Part shown: positions 18,788-28,210 of the stretch, in pieces | Layout of the letters: every line of letters starts with the position of its first letter | Position numbering within the stretch: the stretch's first letter is position 1 | IMG/VR virus record: IMGVR_UViG_3300020577_004280 | Span: 90,038 to 154,037 of that record | Length of the DNA stretch: 64,000 bases | Source of the DNA: a virus | Lineage: Duplodnaviria; Caudoviricetes | Strand: one strand, 5' to 3' | The notes under the pieces: generated by a model | What the model was told of the DNA's origin: nothing | What the model saw: only the letters and a program-made list of their open reading frames with translations | The model's database searches: none | Program-made: the position numbers and the translations under genes

Positions 18788-20368
18788 TTACATTGTAATC
18801 ACATATCTCTTTTTACCGCAATCGTAAATTTTACCGTATTTAGTCATCAAAGTTTTATCCTTTTCCTTTCCCTTCATAGATTGTTTGGATTTACGTTCTT
18901 CAATAGGTCCACTAATCTCGACGTAAGAATAATCAGGTGATAATTCGGCGTCTAACTTAAATCCAATCTTTTCATACACGTTACCTTGTGAATAGCGGTT
19001 ATCAGACCAGCTTATCATACTCACATAATCATTTATCTTAGACCATTCTATACATTTAGATAATAGTTTACTAGCACCACCTACAATCTGTACGTCATCT
19101 TTGAAGCAAAGCCTATCCAGTACTATATGATTTTTTATATTACGATGGTGTTTATTTAAGCTTACAACCCCAACCAAATCGTCATCATAATACAGTCCAA
19201 AATAAACTAGAGATTTCCTTCTTCCTCCTTGTATATGGTATTCGTTAAAAAACCTTAGTCCGGTTTGATAATCAACTTCTTTAATTACGCATTTTCTAGC
19301 AAATATTCTTAAAGACGAGATTCCGAGTGCAGATTTTAGTAAATTCTTCCATTGTTTTTCTCTATTCACCCACTCATCCGAGAAAATAGTAAACAAACGA
19401 ACCCCTTTATCCAAACAAGCTTTATATTTATCGTAATGGTAACGAGAGTTGCGGGGCTGTGGCGACTTGTTATTATGCCAGTATAATCCGCAATATTCTA
19501 TAGCGATTTTAAGGTCCGCGTTGTATAAATCAATTTGTTTTGGAGCTATTAATTTATAGGTTGAGTTAAATTCAAAACCCAAGGATGATAACCAAGATTG
19601 GATATCTTTTTCTGGTTTAGATGCTCCTTTACAACAAACTGGAAATCTTCCATATTTTTCTATACATGTTTGAATTGACTGGTTTTTTATTTCAGGTATC
19701 TGTTGACATGATGAGACCCCATATTTTTGCAATAAAGTGTCTTTTACTTGCGATTGAATACTATCAAGCTCAAACGGTGTTCTACATCCATATTTTCTTA
19801 AATGTGTATTTTTCGCTTTTTCTATAACTGATGTGGCTAGAATAGGTGATTCCACACCATACTTAACTAAAGAGGTTTGCTTAACTTTTTCTTTACAACT
19901 ATGAGATTGTAATATGGTTTTTGCCAATTCTTTTTTCTCTATATAATAACAATTATCTGGACAAAAAGTAATATTTGTATCTTTTCTATATAAACATAAA
20001 CCATCAAGATAACCGTTATTCTCTGCCCACGCACGAAAAACCAAAAAATCTAACCAAGGCACATACATTTCAAAATTATACAACTTACATTTCTTTTTGA
20101 GTTCATTCCAGCTTTTATACAACTTAGTTTGACAAATATCATCTTCATTGTATTTTTTGTTTCTAGATATGCAAATATTAGCGGCTTTTTCTTTAGCGAT
20201 ACATCCACAACTTTTAGCGTGTCCAGTCTTTACAGACGTTAGTGACACTGTTTTTTCAGTTCCACAATCACATCTAAATAACCCGTATAGTTTATTTTGT
20301 TTTCCTGATTTCTGTGACCAAGGCTCACAGATTAATGTCAGTCTATTGGTTTTAGTGTTGACTTCCAT
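18788..20368 (-). CDS. Hef-like (homing) endonuclease: Zn-ribbon N-terminus, KYG repeats, Vsr-like nuclease, C-terminal GNAT/Mom-like domain
   Basis: CDCG..KSCGC; four KYG(V/C/R) repeats; IDLY..KIAIEYCGLYWH; ARKC..KEV..HIQG; VGGASKLL; ISWSDNRYSQGNVYEKIGF. Confidence 0.75.
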   Translation of the reverse strand: MEVNTKTNRLTLICEPWSQKSGKQNKLYGLFRCDCGTEKTVSLTSVKTGHAKSCGCIAKEKAANICISRNKKYNEDDICQTKLYKSWNELKKKCKLYNFEMYVPWLDFLVFRAWAENNGYLDGLCLYRKDTNITFCPDNCYYIEKKELAKTILQSHSCKEKVKQTSLVKYGVESPILATSVIEKAKNTHLRKYGCRTPFELDSIQSQVKDTLLQKYGVSSCQQIPEIKNQSIQTCIEKYGRFPVCCKGASKPEKDIQSWLSSLGFEFNSTYKLIAPKQIDLYNADLKIAIEYCGLYWHNNKSPQPRNSRYHYDKYKACLDKGVRLFTIFSDEWVNREKQWKNLLKSALGISSLRIFARKCVIKEVDYQTGLRFFNEYHIQGGRRKSLVYFGLYYDDDLVGVVSLNKHHRNIKNHIVLDRLCFKDDVQIVGGASKLLSKCIEWSKINDYVSMISWSDNRYSQGNVYEKIGFKLDAELSPDYSYVEISGPIEERKSKQSMKGKEKDKTLMTKYGKIYDCGKKRYVITM

Positions 20369-20384
20369 AGTTTCCTTTCAAATT

Positions 20385-20412
20385 AAAAATGCCACAGGCA
20401 ATCCTATGGCAT
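20385..20412 (-). terminator. intrinsic terminator-like hairpin upstream of the endonuclease gene
   Basis: Minus strand ATGCCATAGG-ATTG-CCTGTGGCAT-TTTT: 10-bp stem with one G-U pair, then U tract. Confidence 0.65.
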
Positions 20413-20460
20413 CTTAATATAATCAATACATGTGGTTTTATCAAGCGAGTCATGGAAATT

Positions 20461-21075
20461 TTATAAGTATTCCAACACACAGTAAAGTCCAAATTGTGTT
20501 TTTGACCCAATAGAGTTTGGAGACGCACTTATAGCTAAATACCAATCATGATTTGCGTCGGAAGTGCTTGGGCCAGAAGGACTTAAACCGCTAAGTCCTG
20601 GACTGGCGGCGAGGTCCACGATAACACTAGAACCGGTTGGCGTGAGCCAAGTTGTGTCACCCGAACCAGTTGGAACCTGTGTAGTTCCGGGATGAATAAT
20701 CTCAGCTACTTTACATGTTACACCTGAAGCTGGAGAATTAATACTACTTCTGTCGTAAATATAGACTTTAGCATTCTGTGTTCTAACAGCGGTAGAATGG
20801 CTAAAATTAATTCTTAATGGTGCTAGATAGTTTGGTATAGAAATTAATGGTACACCGGAGCTAGCACTATTAATAATACCAGACCCAATATTCATATATT
20901 TTACGTTATTACACTGTTCACCTTGCGTAGTACCAGCACCATTAGTAATAAATGTAGTATCCTGATATGAACCTACAGCTACACTATAGCCAAAGCCTCC
21001 GCCGTAAAACCCTAAGCCAGAACCACTTAGGTTAGAAATCTGGTTTGTACCAGAATAAAACGCTATTGTTGCCAT
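20461..21075 (-). CDS. putative virion structural protein
   Basis: Gly/Ser/Thr-rich, beta-rich sequence with its own late-promoter motif and GGAG RBS. Confidence 0.6.
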   Translation of the reverse strand: MATIAFYSGTNQISNLSGSGLGFYGGGFGYSVAVGSYQDTTFITNGAGTTQGEQCNNVKYMNIGSGIINSASSGVPLISIPNYLAPLRINFSHSTAVRTQNAKVYIYDRSSINSPASGVTCKVAEIIHPGTTQVPTGSGDTTWLTPTGSSVIVDLAASPGLSGLSPSGPSTSDANHDWYLAISASPNSIGSKTQFGLYCVLEYL

Positions 21076-21127
21076 CTATATACTCCTATGTTATAATCAT
21101 GTCAATCAGACATGTACGGTCTCTCTA

Positions 21128-21140
21128 ATATATTATACAC
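21128..21140 (-). promoter_or_regulatory. putative phage late promoter GTGTATAATATAT
   Basis: One of six near-identical intergenic copies upstream of late genes. Confidence 0.75.
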
Positions 21141-21180
21141 TTTTTAAAGGAAATTTTATCCTTTTATAACGATTTATGAC

Positions 21181-21525
21181 CTACCACTTATCTATAGGGC
21201 ATTTTTCACTAGCCAGCCATACTTTACTAGCGAAAAAACATCCACATTTCTTACATCTATTATTATCGTAAAACTCACATATTTGACCAGTTTTTGTTCC
21301 GTCGCATATACTAAGTCTATCTTTATATATTTCTTCAGTCACTTGTTCTCCACCAGTTATTACATTTTCAACAACGGAAGAGATAAAATTCATACCCTGT
21401 TCAATAATACTGGGATATTCGTGTATTACACAATTTCTCCGAACATCTCCAGGAATATATTTCATACTGAATCCACATACTGAGCAGGTCATTTCAGAAC
21501 CATTTTTATTAAATTTGCAATCCAT
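21181..21525 (-). CDS. Cys-rich protein (DUF6171-like)
   Basis: RLSIC..CEFY..RCKKCGCF..K.WLA.EKCP..KW. Confidence 0.7.
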   Translation of the reverse strand: MDCKFNKNGSEMTCSVCGFSMKYIPGDVRRNCVIHEYPSIIEQGMNFISSVVENVITGGEQVTEEIYKDRLSICDGTKTGQICEFYDNNRCKKCGCFFASKVWLASEKCPIDKW

Positions 21526-21532
21526 AATATTC

Positions 21533-22603
21533 CTATATATAAGTTACTGTCATAATGCTACCGTTGTTAGTTAGTGTTAAACATGGAGCCGTACCAGTTG
21601 TTAGTGAAACAAGACTCATACTTTGACCATTATTGCAATCTATTATTTGAGGACCGTAAACAGCGTGATATGTACTACACCCCTGTCCACCAAAACCACC
21701 TAAACAAGATTCTACTGAGACCGCACCAATAGCTCTATTTAAATTATCAAAAGTCAACGTTATATCAATAGTCATAGTATTAGGATAAATCCCAAAAGTA
21801 TTTCTATATCTGACAAAACATGAGTTTTGAGCAATAGGAGTCAACAATACTTGAGAATTTAAAACACTATTAATAGAATTGACATAAGAACTATTACATC
21901 TAGAAGGAGAAAGTGGGTCGTTATTAATAAAATTCGCCTGTAAACCCGCAATACTAACTTTAATTATTCCTCCAGGAATACAGCTATAAGTAGGATAAAT
22001 ACATATATTGTCAATATATCCATATACTGTAGAAGAAGAACTAGTATTAAATTGCGAATAACCAATAAACCCAACGTCAAAAGATTGATTTAAATTTAGT
22101 CCTGCACTAGTAGTATAAGAAAAACTCCCATTGACACTAAAATTTAATCGCATAAAACCGTTTGCAGATTTCTCATTTCTCCATCCATTAATAGGATTAC
22201 TAGTGGACATATTTTTAATATAAAGTAATCCGTTTTGTATAATCGCTGGAAGATAACGAACAGTGGTCCCTTCTCCAGAAAGCCTATAATCCCAACAAAA
22301 ATTTAAATCAGATAAATATCTACATGGAGAAGAAAAATCTGTATTATCTCCAACTTTAACAAAACTTGTCAATATATATGGTTGTGGTCCATTTCCATTA
22401 AATATCATTTTATAGGAAGGAGATGGTAAACCAATGTTACTATTTATAGCTATACTAGATGAATGAGTTCCTAAAACTGGGAAAAAATTTTGAGTAATAG
22501 GTAAAACCAGTCCACCATTTGCACCAATCGTACAATTCAAACTGTTACACTGGCTAGTACCCCCATCACAACAACATTTTGCAACGCTAAATTTATTTCT
22601 CAT
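21533..22603 (-). CDS. Cys-rich distal tail / receptor-binding candidate
   Basis: Directly follows the tail-tip gene; N-terminal CCC motif; beta-rich. Confidence 0.55.
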   Translation of the reverse strand: MRNKFSVAKCCCDGGTSQCNSLNCTIGANGGLVLPITQNFFPVLGTHSSSIAINSNIGLPSPSYKMIFNGNGPQPYILTSFVKVGDNTDFSSPCRYLSDLNFCWDYRLSGEGTTVRYLPAIIQNGLLYIKNMSTSNPINGWRNEKSANGFMRLNFSVNGSFSYTTSAGLNLNQSFDVGFIGYSQFNTSSSSTVYGYIDNICIYPTYSCIPGGIIKVSIAGLQANFINNDPLSPSRCNSSYVNSINSVLNSQVLLTPIAQNSCFVRYRNTFGIYPNTMTIDITLTFDNLNRAIGAVSVESCLGGFGGQGCSTYHAVYGPQIIDCNNGQSMSLVSLTTGTAPCLTLTNNGSIMTVTYI

Positions 22604-25600
22604 TTACTCACCACACGCACTTCCAGTAATTCTAAATGTTCTATCAAAAGTAAAATATTCAATAATTAATTCAGTTTCAGCATCTATATCTTCATTTCCA
22701 TGCATCCAATCTAGTTTAGCATCAACTTCATCGGAAACTCCCAAAACCGATTGTACTTCTACTTTACCGGTAGTTCCGTGTGTAATTGTACCATTAGCTA
22801 AACCACGACGAATTAAGCCTTGACTACCTACAACTTTCCATCCTAATCTAGTTCCTTGAAGGTCATATCTGATTAAAGCACTTTCTCCAGCTAATAGAAA
22901 ATTCAAATAATATTCATCATAAACTATGATTGAATCACCATTATCATTTCTAGTTGCGGCGGCGGTACTTCCGGGGAAAAGAGTTTGATTCATAGTCACG
23001 CTAACTAATGTCTCAGACTCTTGTGGAATAATTCTAAATTTTCGGTCAAATGGAAAATATTCAAGTATTTGTTCGCTGTTTTGTAGAATAGTTCTATTAT
23101 CGTCAGCGTTCATCCAATCATTACTAGCATCCATATCAACTGTAGTACCACTGGATGAAAATACCCTAACATTTTTAGTAGTGTTGGGTTGAATATCTTG
23201 TGTGGGCTTACATCTACGTCTTAAACCATTACTACCGCGTACATTCCATCTTTCATTAATTCTATCATAATAAGCAAAAACCTGTTCCATTTGTAATATA
23301 AAATTACAATTAGCGTCGTCATACAATTCAATACTCTCTCCGAGATTTTGTAAAGTAGCTTGAGCGTTTTGTCCAGGATACAATACTTCATCTAATATTA
23401 CCGGTTCATCATTAGGTTCAACTTCCCAAACCCATTTTCTTAAATGCGGCAGATAACGTACCATACCTTTTGTATCTTCAGCTACATTTTGTGACGGTAT
23501 CCAATCGTGCGTAACATTTACTCCCGCTATATTAGAAACAACTCCGAAGATTGTACACTTGCCAGCAGAATTAGTAATTTTTGTGGTACATTGTGCCTCA
23601 CGCAACAAACCATGAGAAGCATAAAGATTATATTTATCTCCATTCTTATATGCTACAGCATATTCATCTTTCATTAAACAGTTTTCATACAATACATCTT
23701 GTACAGTTACTTCAACCAAATTATCTTCATCATTTTCATATTCTGCTAACTTTTCTTGACCCGGTAGCATATCTTCCTTCATTCTGACAATATATATGAC
23801 TTTATTACCAGAGACCCAAACTTTTCTATCATTGTCCCACCTAATATCTAATGGTCCGGTTTTCCAGTTTTCAGATTGTGAAAGATATCCAGATAGAAAA
23901 TTATTTGACCCAAAACCAGCATTTGGTACAGGTTTTCCAGCAACATCATATCCCCATCCACAAATAATAATTGGGCCTTTTAAAGCCATAGGTCTATATG
24001 AAGTTTCTGATGGATAATTATCAGATATAACTAAATCGTTTGGTGGAGTATCACCGCTGAATATACATTGTATATCATGACCTTCTTTATATGGATTTAG
24101 GTCTGTGGATGTAGGTCCATCATTATTACCTTCTTCTGTTGGTTCTTCAAAATGTGGTAAATTGTCAGTAGTAATATTAGTAGAAAACGGTCTAAAAAAT
24201 GCGTCTAAAGATACCCCGCCTTTATCGGTATAATCATAAGATAATTGCATCATTGCATTATATGTAGGCTGACTTACAACGTCATATTTTTCACCATGTT
24301 TTTGACCACATAATAAATAATGCGAACTATTAGACTTATCTCTTTTAGCTTTTGTAGATTTGAAAAAGTTTTGTTTAGCAGAAACTATGGAAGCAATTTT
24401 ACTTTTATTTTGCATAATGCCACGTATAGCTCGTTTTTGCTGCTGCCAAGCTTTGTTAAGTTTAACTAACTTATCCACATTATATCTACTTAAGCGTCCA
24501 AAATTAGGAGTATATCTATTTAATCTGTATGTTGTTCTAGCTCCGTCTTCTCCTACACTACAAGAAATATCACTAATATATGGTCCACCGTTAATTAAAG
24601 TAGCACCAAGATTGTGCATTGGTACTCCGGGAAACTCTATATGTCCAGTTTCACTCCAAGGCTGATTAGATACTACACCAATAACTTTAGCTTCACCGGC
24701 AGCATTCATAGGACCGTATCCGCCAAAATTCCAAGGAACTAGACTATCATCTTTTTCATACTCAACCTTACCTAGTACACCATTACCTCCCCACCACGGA
24801 CCATAACATTCTATGTTAGAACGCATTGGAACAGAAGCCATTACAGGTTGTATAGCAGCAGCCTCACGCCCAAATGCTAAGAAATCTGCACCCATTCTAT
24901 TAATAAAACTGTTAATTTCTGCACTAGTATTACCATTATTTAGTAGAAAAGCTCGTAATACTCCAACATTATCGTATGATGAATTTTGATTACTAGCCAT
25001 TCTAACCACACCCGGTAATGTGACCACAGCTCGTGGCGAATAATTTGAAGCCGAATCATAAAATACCGGAGATTCGTCTACTTGACATTTTATAAAAACA
25101 GAATAATTTCTTAAACCCTGATTATATTGTACAAATTTTTCATCATCGCCAATTTCTGAAAAATCATAAGATTCTGCGTTATCAAATCGTACATAACAGG
25201 TGAATTTACCTTCATTAGTGGTAAAACTATTAATATCTAATGGTACTAAACCATTGTTAACTAAACTTGCCGCAGTAGATTCATCTAAATAAGCTGATTC
25301 AACTATCTGTCTACTAGGAATAAATTTATTTACCTCTTGACCATTAATAGTCATATTATAATAAATTGATGGTATAGCTACTTGAAATTTTTTACCATAA
25401 TAATCATTAGCATAACTTCTAACAATATCATATAAATTTTTTCTATTTTTATTTGCATCAATATTAGTCACATCATTAATAGCTCCTTTTTTAAGGTTTG
25501 CAAACTTTAATGTAGTAATCTGAGATAGCGGCGTGTTTCTCAAGAGACTGACAATATCACCATTAACATCAGAAATAATATTTAACTGCGCTGCTCTACC

Positions 25601-26671
25601 TGCTTGCGGATAAGATGATGTATTTCTAAACCATAAGAACGCTTCCCAAGATTCTTGACTATCTAAAGCAGCACGTAATTCTGCGACATCAGTAAGATAT
25701 GTATTGCCAACACCATAAATTGACCATGTAGTTGAATCTAGTAATATTTGATGGTCATCACCATTACCAGAACCTAATACTACATTACCATTAGGATAAA
25801 CACCCCAATATGGAAGAATAGAATTCGTAAACCATACATCTTCTCTGTTACCACCAACTAATAATTTATTACATACACTATCTATTAATTCTATACCAGC
25901 GCTATTAGAAACACATCCCTGAACATTTTCTGTAAACTGTTCAATTGCACCTGATGCAAGAAATTCATTTCTACCAATAATATAAATAACTATGAGTGGC
26001 CTGTCAAAATTAGTATTAATTTCTAAATTACAAAACCAATCGCATCCAGCAGCATCACAAATTTCTTGTATAAAATCCATTAATGACATGCTACCACCGC
26101 CGCCCACACGATAATCATATGGTAAAGATGGTAACGATGGTATATACACGCCATATACTTGGTCTCTATAAGCTACGTAACCACCATATGTAGATACTCC
26201 ACCATTTAGCAATGTGGTTAATCCAGAAATTACTTTAAGCCACGGAATTCCGCTTTCATTAAGTTCAGAATATCCTATTCCAATAGATTCCCAAAATCCA
26301 TAAATATTAAAAATATTAGTTAGTCCAACTACACTATCTATATAGTCGCTAGTAATTAATTGTACGCCATCAAGAATAAATCTTGGGTCACGCATACTCA
26401 CTTCATAGATTGGGTTTCCATCTGAACCTCTAATACGCTCCATACTTTGTACAATACCACCAAAATTAAATGAGTTTTGATGCCAAAATATAGCATGGTC
26501 ACCGGGAATATATGCTCCGGGATTTGCATTAAATGGATAGCCCAAAAATTCATCACCAACTTTATCGTCATCGACTAAACCGATTCTGATTTCACTTGGT
26601 TGTTCGTTCCAACCAACTGAAGCTGTATAATGACGTATAGAACTTCCCAAAAATCTTTCTTGATATACCAT
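22604..26671 (-). CDS. large tail-tip/hub protein with three C-terminal repeats
   Basis: Position after the tape measure and Dit-like genes; GPLDIRWD; repeated LxPG...GSxGLxR...DW...EYF.FDR units. Confidence 0.65.
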   Translation of the reverse strand: MVYQERFLGSSIRHYTASVGWNEQPSEIRIGLVDDDKVGDEFLGYPFNANPGAYIPGDHAIFWHQNSFNFGGIVQSMERIRGSDGNPIYEVSMRDPRFILDGVQLITSDYIDSVVGLTNIFNIYGFWESIGIGYSELNESGIPWLKVISGLTTLLNGGVSTYGGYVAYRDQVYGVYIPSLPSLPYDYRVGGGGSMSLMDFIQEICDAAGCDWFCNLEINTNFDRPLIVIYIIGRNEFLASGAIEQFTENVQGCVSNSAGIELIDSVCNKLLVGGNREDVWFTNSILPYWGVYPNGNVVLGSGNGDDHQILLDSTTWSIYGVGNTYLTDVAELRAALDSQESWEAFLWFRNTSSYPQAGRAAQLNIISDVNGDIVSLLRNTPLSQITTLKFANLKKGAINDVTNIDANKNRKNLYDIVRSYANDYYGKKFQVAIPSIYYNMTINGQEVNKFIPSRQIVESAYLDESTAASLVNNGLVPLDINSFTTNEGKFTCYVRFDNAESYDFSEIGDDEKFVQYNQGLRNYSVFIKCQVDESPVFYDSASNYSPRAVVTLPGVVRMASNQNSSYDNVGVLRAFLLNNGNTSAEINSFINRMGADFLAFGREAAAIQPVMASVPMRSNIECYGPWWGGNGVLGKVEYEKDDSLVPWNFGGYGPMNAAGEAKVIGVVSNQPWSETGHIEFPGVPMHNLGATLINGGPYISDISCSVGEDGARTTYRLNRYTPNFGRLSRYNVDKLVKLNKAWQQQKRAIRGIMQNKSKIASIVSAKQNFFKSTKAKRDKSNSSHYLLCGQKHGEKYDVVSQPTYNAMMQLSYDYTDKGGVSLDAFFRPFSTNITTDNLPHFEEPTEEGNNDGPTSTDLNPYKEGHDIQCIFSGDTPPNDLVISDNYPSETSYRPMALKGPIIICGWGYDVAGKPVPNAGFGSNNFLSGYLSQSENWKTGPLDIRWDNDRKVWVSGNKVIYIVRMKEDMLPGQEKLAEYENDEDNLVEVTVQDVLYENCLMKDEYAVAYKNGDKYNLYASHGLLREAQCTTKITNSAGKCTIFGVVSNIAGVNVTHDWIPSQNVAEDTKGMVRYLPHLRKWVWEVEPNDEPVILDEVLYPGQNAQATLQNLGESIELYDDANCNFILQMEQVFAYYDRINERWNVRGSNGLRRRCKPTQDIQPNTTKNVRVFSSSGTTVDMDASNDWMNADDNRTILQNSEQILEYFPFDRKFRIIPQESETLVSVTMNQTLFPGSTAAATRNDNGDSIIVYDEYYLNFLLAGESALIRYDLQGTRLGWKVVGSQGLIRRGLANGTITHGTTGKVEVQSVLGVSDEVDAKLDWMHGNEDIDAETELIIEYFTFDRTFRITGSACGE

Positions 26672-26680
26672 AGTTTTCCT

Positions 26681-28201
26681 TTACTCGTATGTCCACCCAT
26701 ATTGAAGAGAATATCTTCCCGTGCGTGGTTCCCATGTTTCATTGTTTGCGTGTACAAACTGCGTTGAATACCCATAATTACTAGGCTTATTTGCTTCTAG
26801 TATTGAATTAATATAAGGAGCATAAGCTGGGTCAACACTTGGTTTAGCGTAGGTAAAATAATTTTTCATATCACTTAAACTGGTTGATGCTAATCCTATT
26901 GGATTTGCTAAAACTATTTCGATAGAAATGTCTACGGTTTTAGCTTGTATAGTTCCCAAATTCTGTAATACCGGTCCAGCCGCTCTACCAAGAACAAATA
27001 TTTGTGCAAAAGCGTCTACATTCAAACTATGTGTTACAGAGATAACTTCGGATTTTGTCCCAGGTATAATTTTATTCGCGCTATTGTCATATTCATATGA
27101 ATAGGTAATAACACCCTCTATTGGATTTACACCTTTAGTATAAGTAATAGGAGTAGAATTTAATGTTAATCCGGTATATAAACTGGCTCTAGCGTTGAGT
27201 AAACTAGATACCTGTCCCCATTTTACATCAGCGTTATGGTGTCTAGAAAAAGTGTTTTGTAAACCCCTGATTTCACCTTCTATTCTAACTGAAGTTACTG
27301 CCGCATCAGGAGGATTGGTTGTAGTAACGGTAAAATTCTCTAAAGCAGAGCCACTGGCCAATACCCAAGTTTCAGTAGCAGAATACCCTCCTCCTTTAAT
27401 ATCATTTACCTCGTTAATAAAGTGATTATATCCGCCATAATAAGATGGTAAATTATTTACACCAGAAGATAATATATTATTATCTAAACCTAGTCTAGCG
27501 ACCACATATTTTCTAGCCCATTGCCAAGGTTCTTCTTGTAGATTGCCAGCAGAATCATAGAATCGTTTACCAACGGCGTTTAATGTGTGTGTTAGTCTGT
27601 ATGTTTGGGCGGTTTCTGCATTTTCAGGTAAATCATTATCCACTTCAAATTGCCAAGATTCTTCGGCAGAAGAAATAAAATCATCTAATTCACTATCTTC
27701 GCCATTTAATAAACCAATAGCATATAATACATCACATTCAAGATTGATAGTGTATCTAAATGTTTGATACCATACATCTTCTTGAAAAGTGATATTTAAT
27801 ATACGAGGATTACATTTCATGGCTGGGCCACCGTCAAAAGCCTGAAACTCAAGTAATCTACCATCTACTGAAAATAAGTCTCTGATAGCTTCTTGTTTAC
27901 GTAGCATAGCACTTAAACGTGTTGTGTCATCCCCTTGTACGGTAACTTCATCTGGTGGATAATCACTACCTGTCCAGAAATAATTATTTGGCCCACCCCA
28001 ACTACTACCGGACTGTGTACCTATTTTACTACGTGGAGAACCCATCCAAGCCACAACTGTACCAACTATAGTTAAACTAAAAGTGGTACCTATATTTTCA
28101 CTATCTCCTGTTTTAATATAATTCTTAGAAACCCCAACATATGGAGCTGGGATTAGCCTGGCTCCGTTTCCGTTTCCGTCTGCATATGATACATACGACA
28201 T
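26681..28201 (-). CDS. distal tail / baseplate-type protein
   Basis: Position in the tail module; beta-rich (ESWQFE, YRLTHTLNAVGK, YSYEYD). Confidence 0.55.
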   Translation of the reverse strand: MSYVSYADGNGNGARLIPAPYVGVSKNYIKTGDSENIGTTFSLTIVGTVVAWMGSPRSKIGTQSGSSWGGPNNYFWTGSDYPPDEVTVQGDDTTRLSAMLRKQEAIRDLFSVDGRLLEFQAFDGGPAMKCNPRILNITFQEDVWYQTFRYTINLECDVLYAIGLLNGEDSELDDFISSAEESWQFEVDNDLPENAETAQTYRLTHTLNAVGKRFYDSAGNLQEEPWQWARKYVVARLGLDNNILSSGVNNLPSYYGGYNHFINEVNDIKGGGYSATETWVLASGSALENFTVTTTNPPDAAVTSVRIEGEIRGLQNTFSRHHNADVKWGQVSSLLNARASLYTGLTLNSTPITYTKGVNPIEGVITYSYEYDNSANKIIPGTKSEVISVTHSLNVDAFAQIFVLGRAAGPVLQNLGTIQAKTVDISIEIVLANPIGLASTSLSDMKNYFTYAKPSVDPAYAPYINSILEANKPSNYGYSTQFVHANNETWEPRTGRYSLQYGWTYE

Positions 28202-28210
28202 AATTACACC

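Noticed and set aside
21533-26671. Diversity-generating retroelement target or template repeats
   Set aside because: No reverse transcriptase and no near-identical nucleotide repeat pair seen; the repeats are old protein-level duplications
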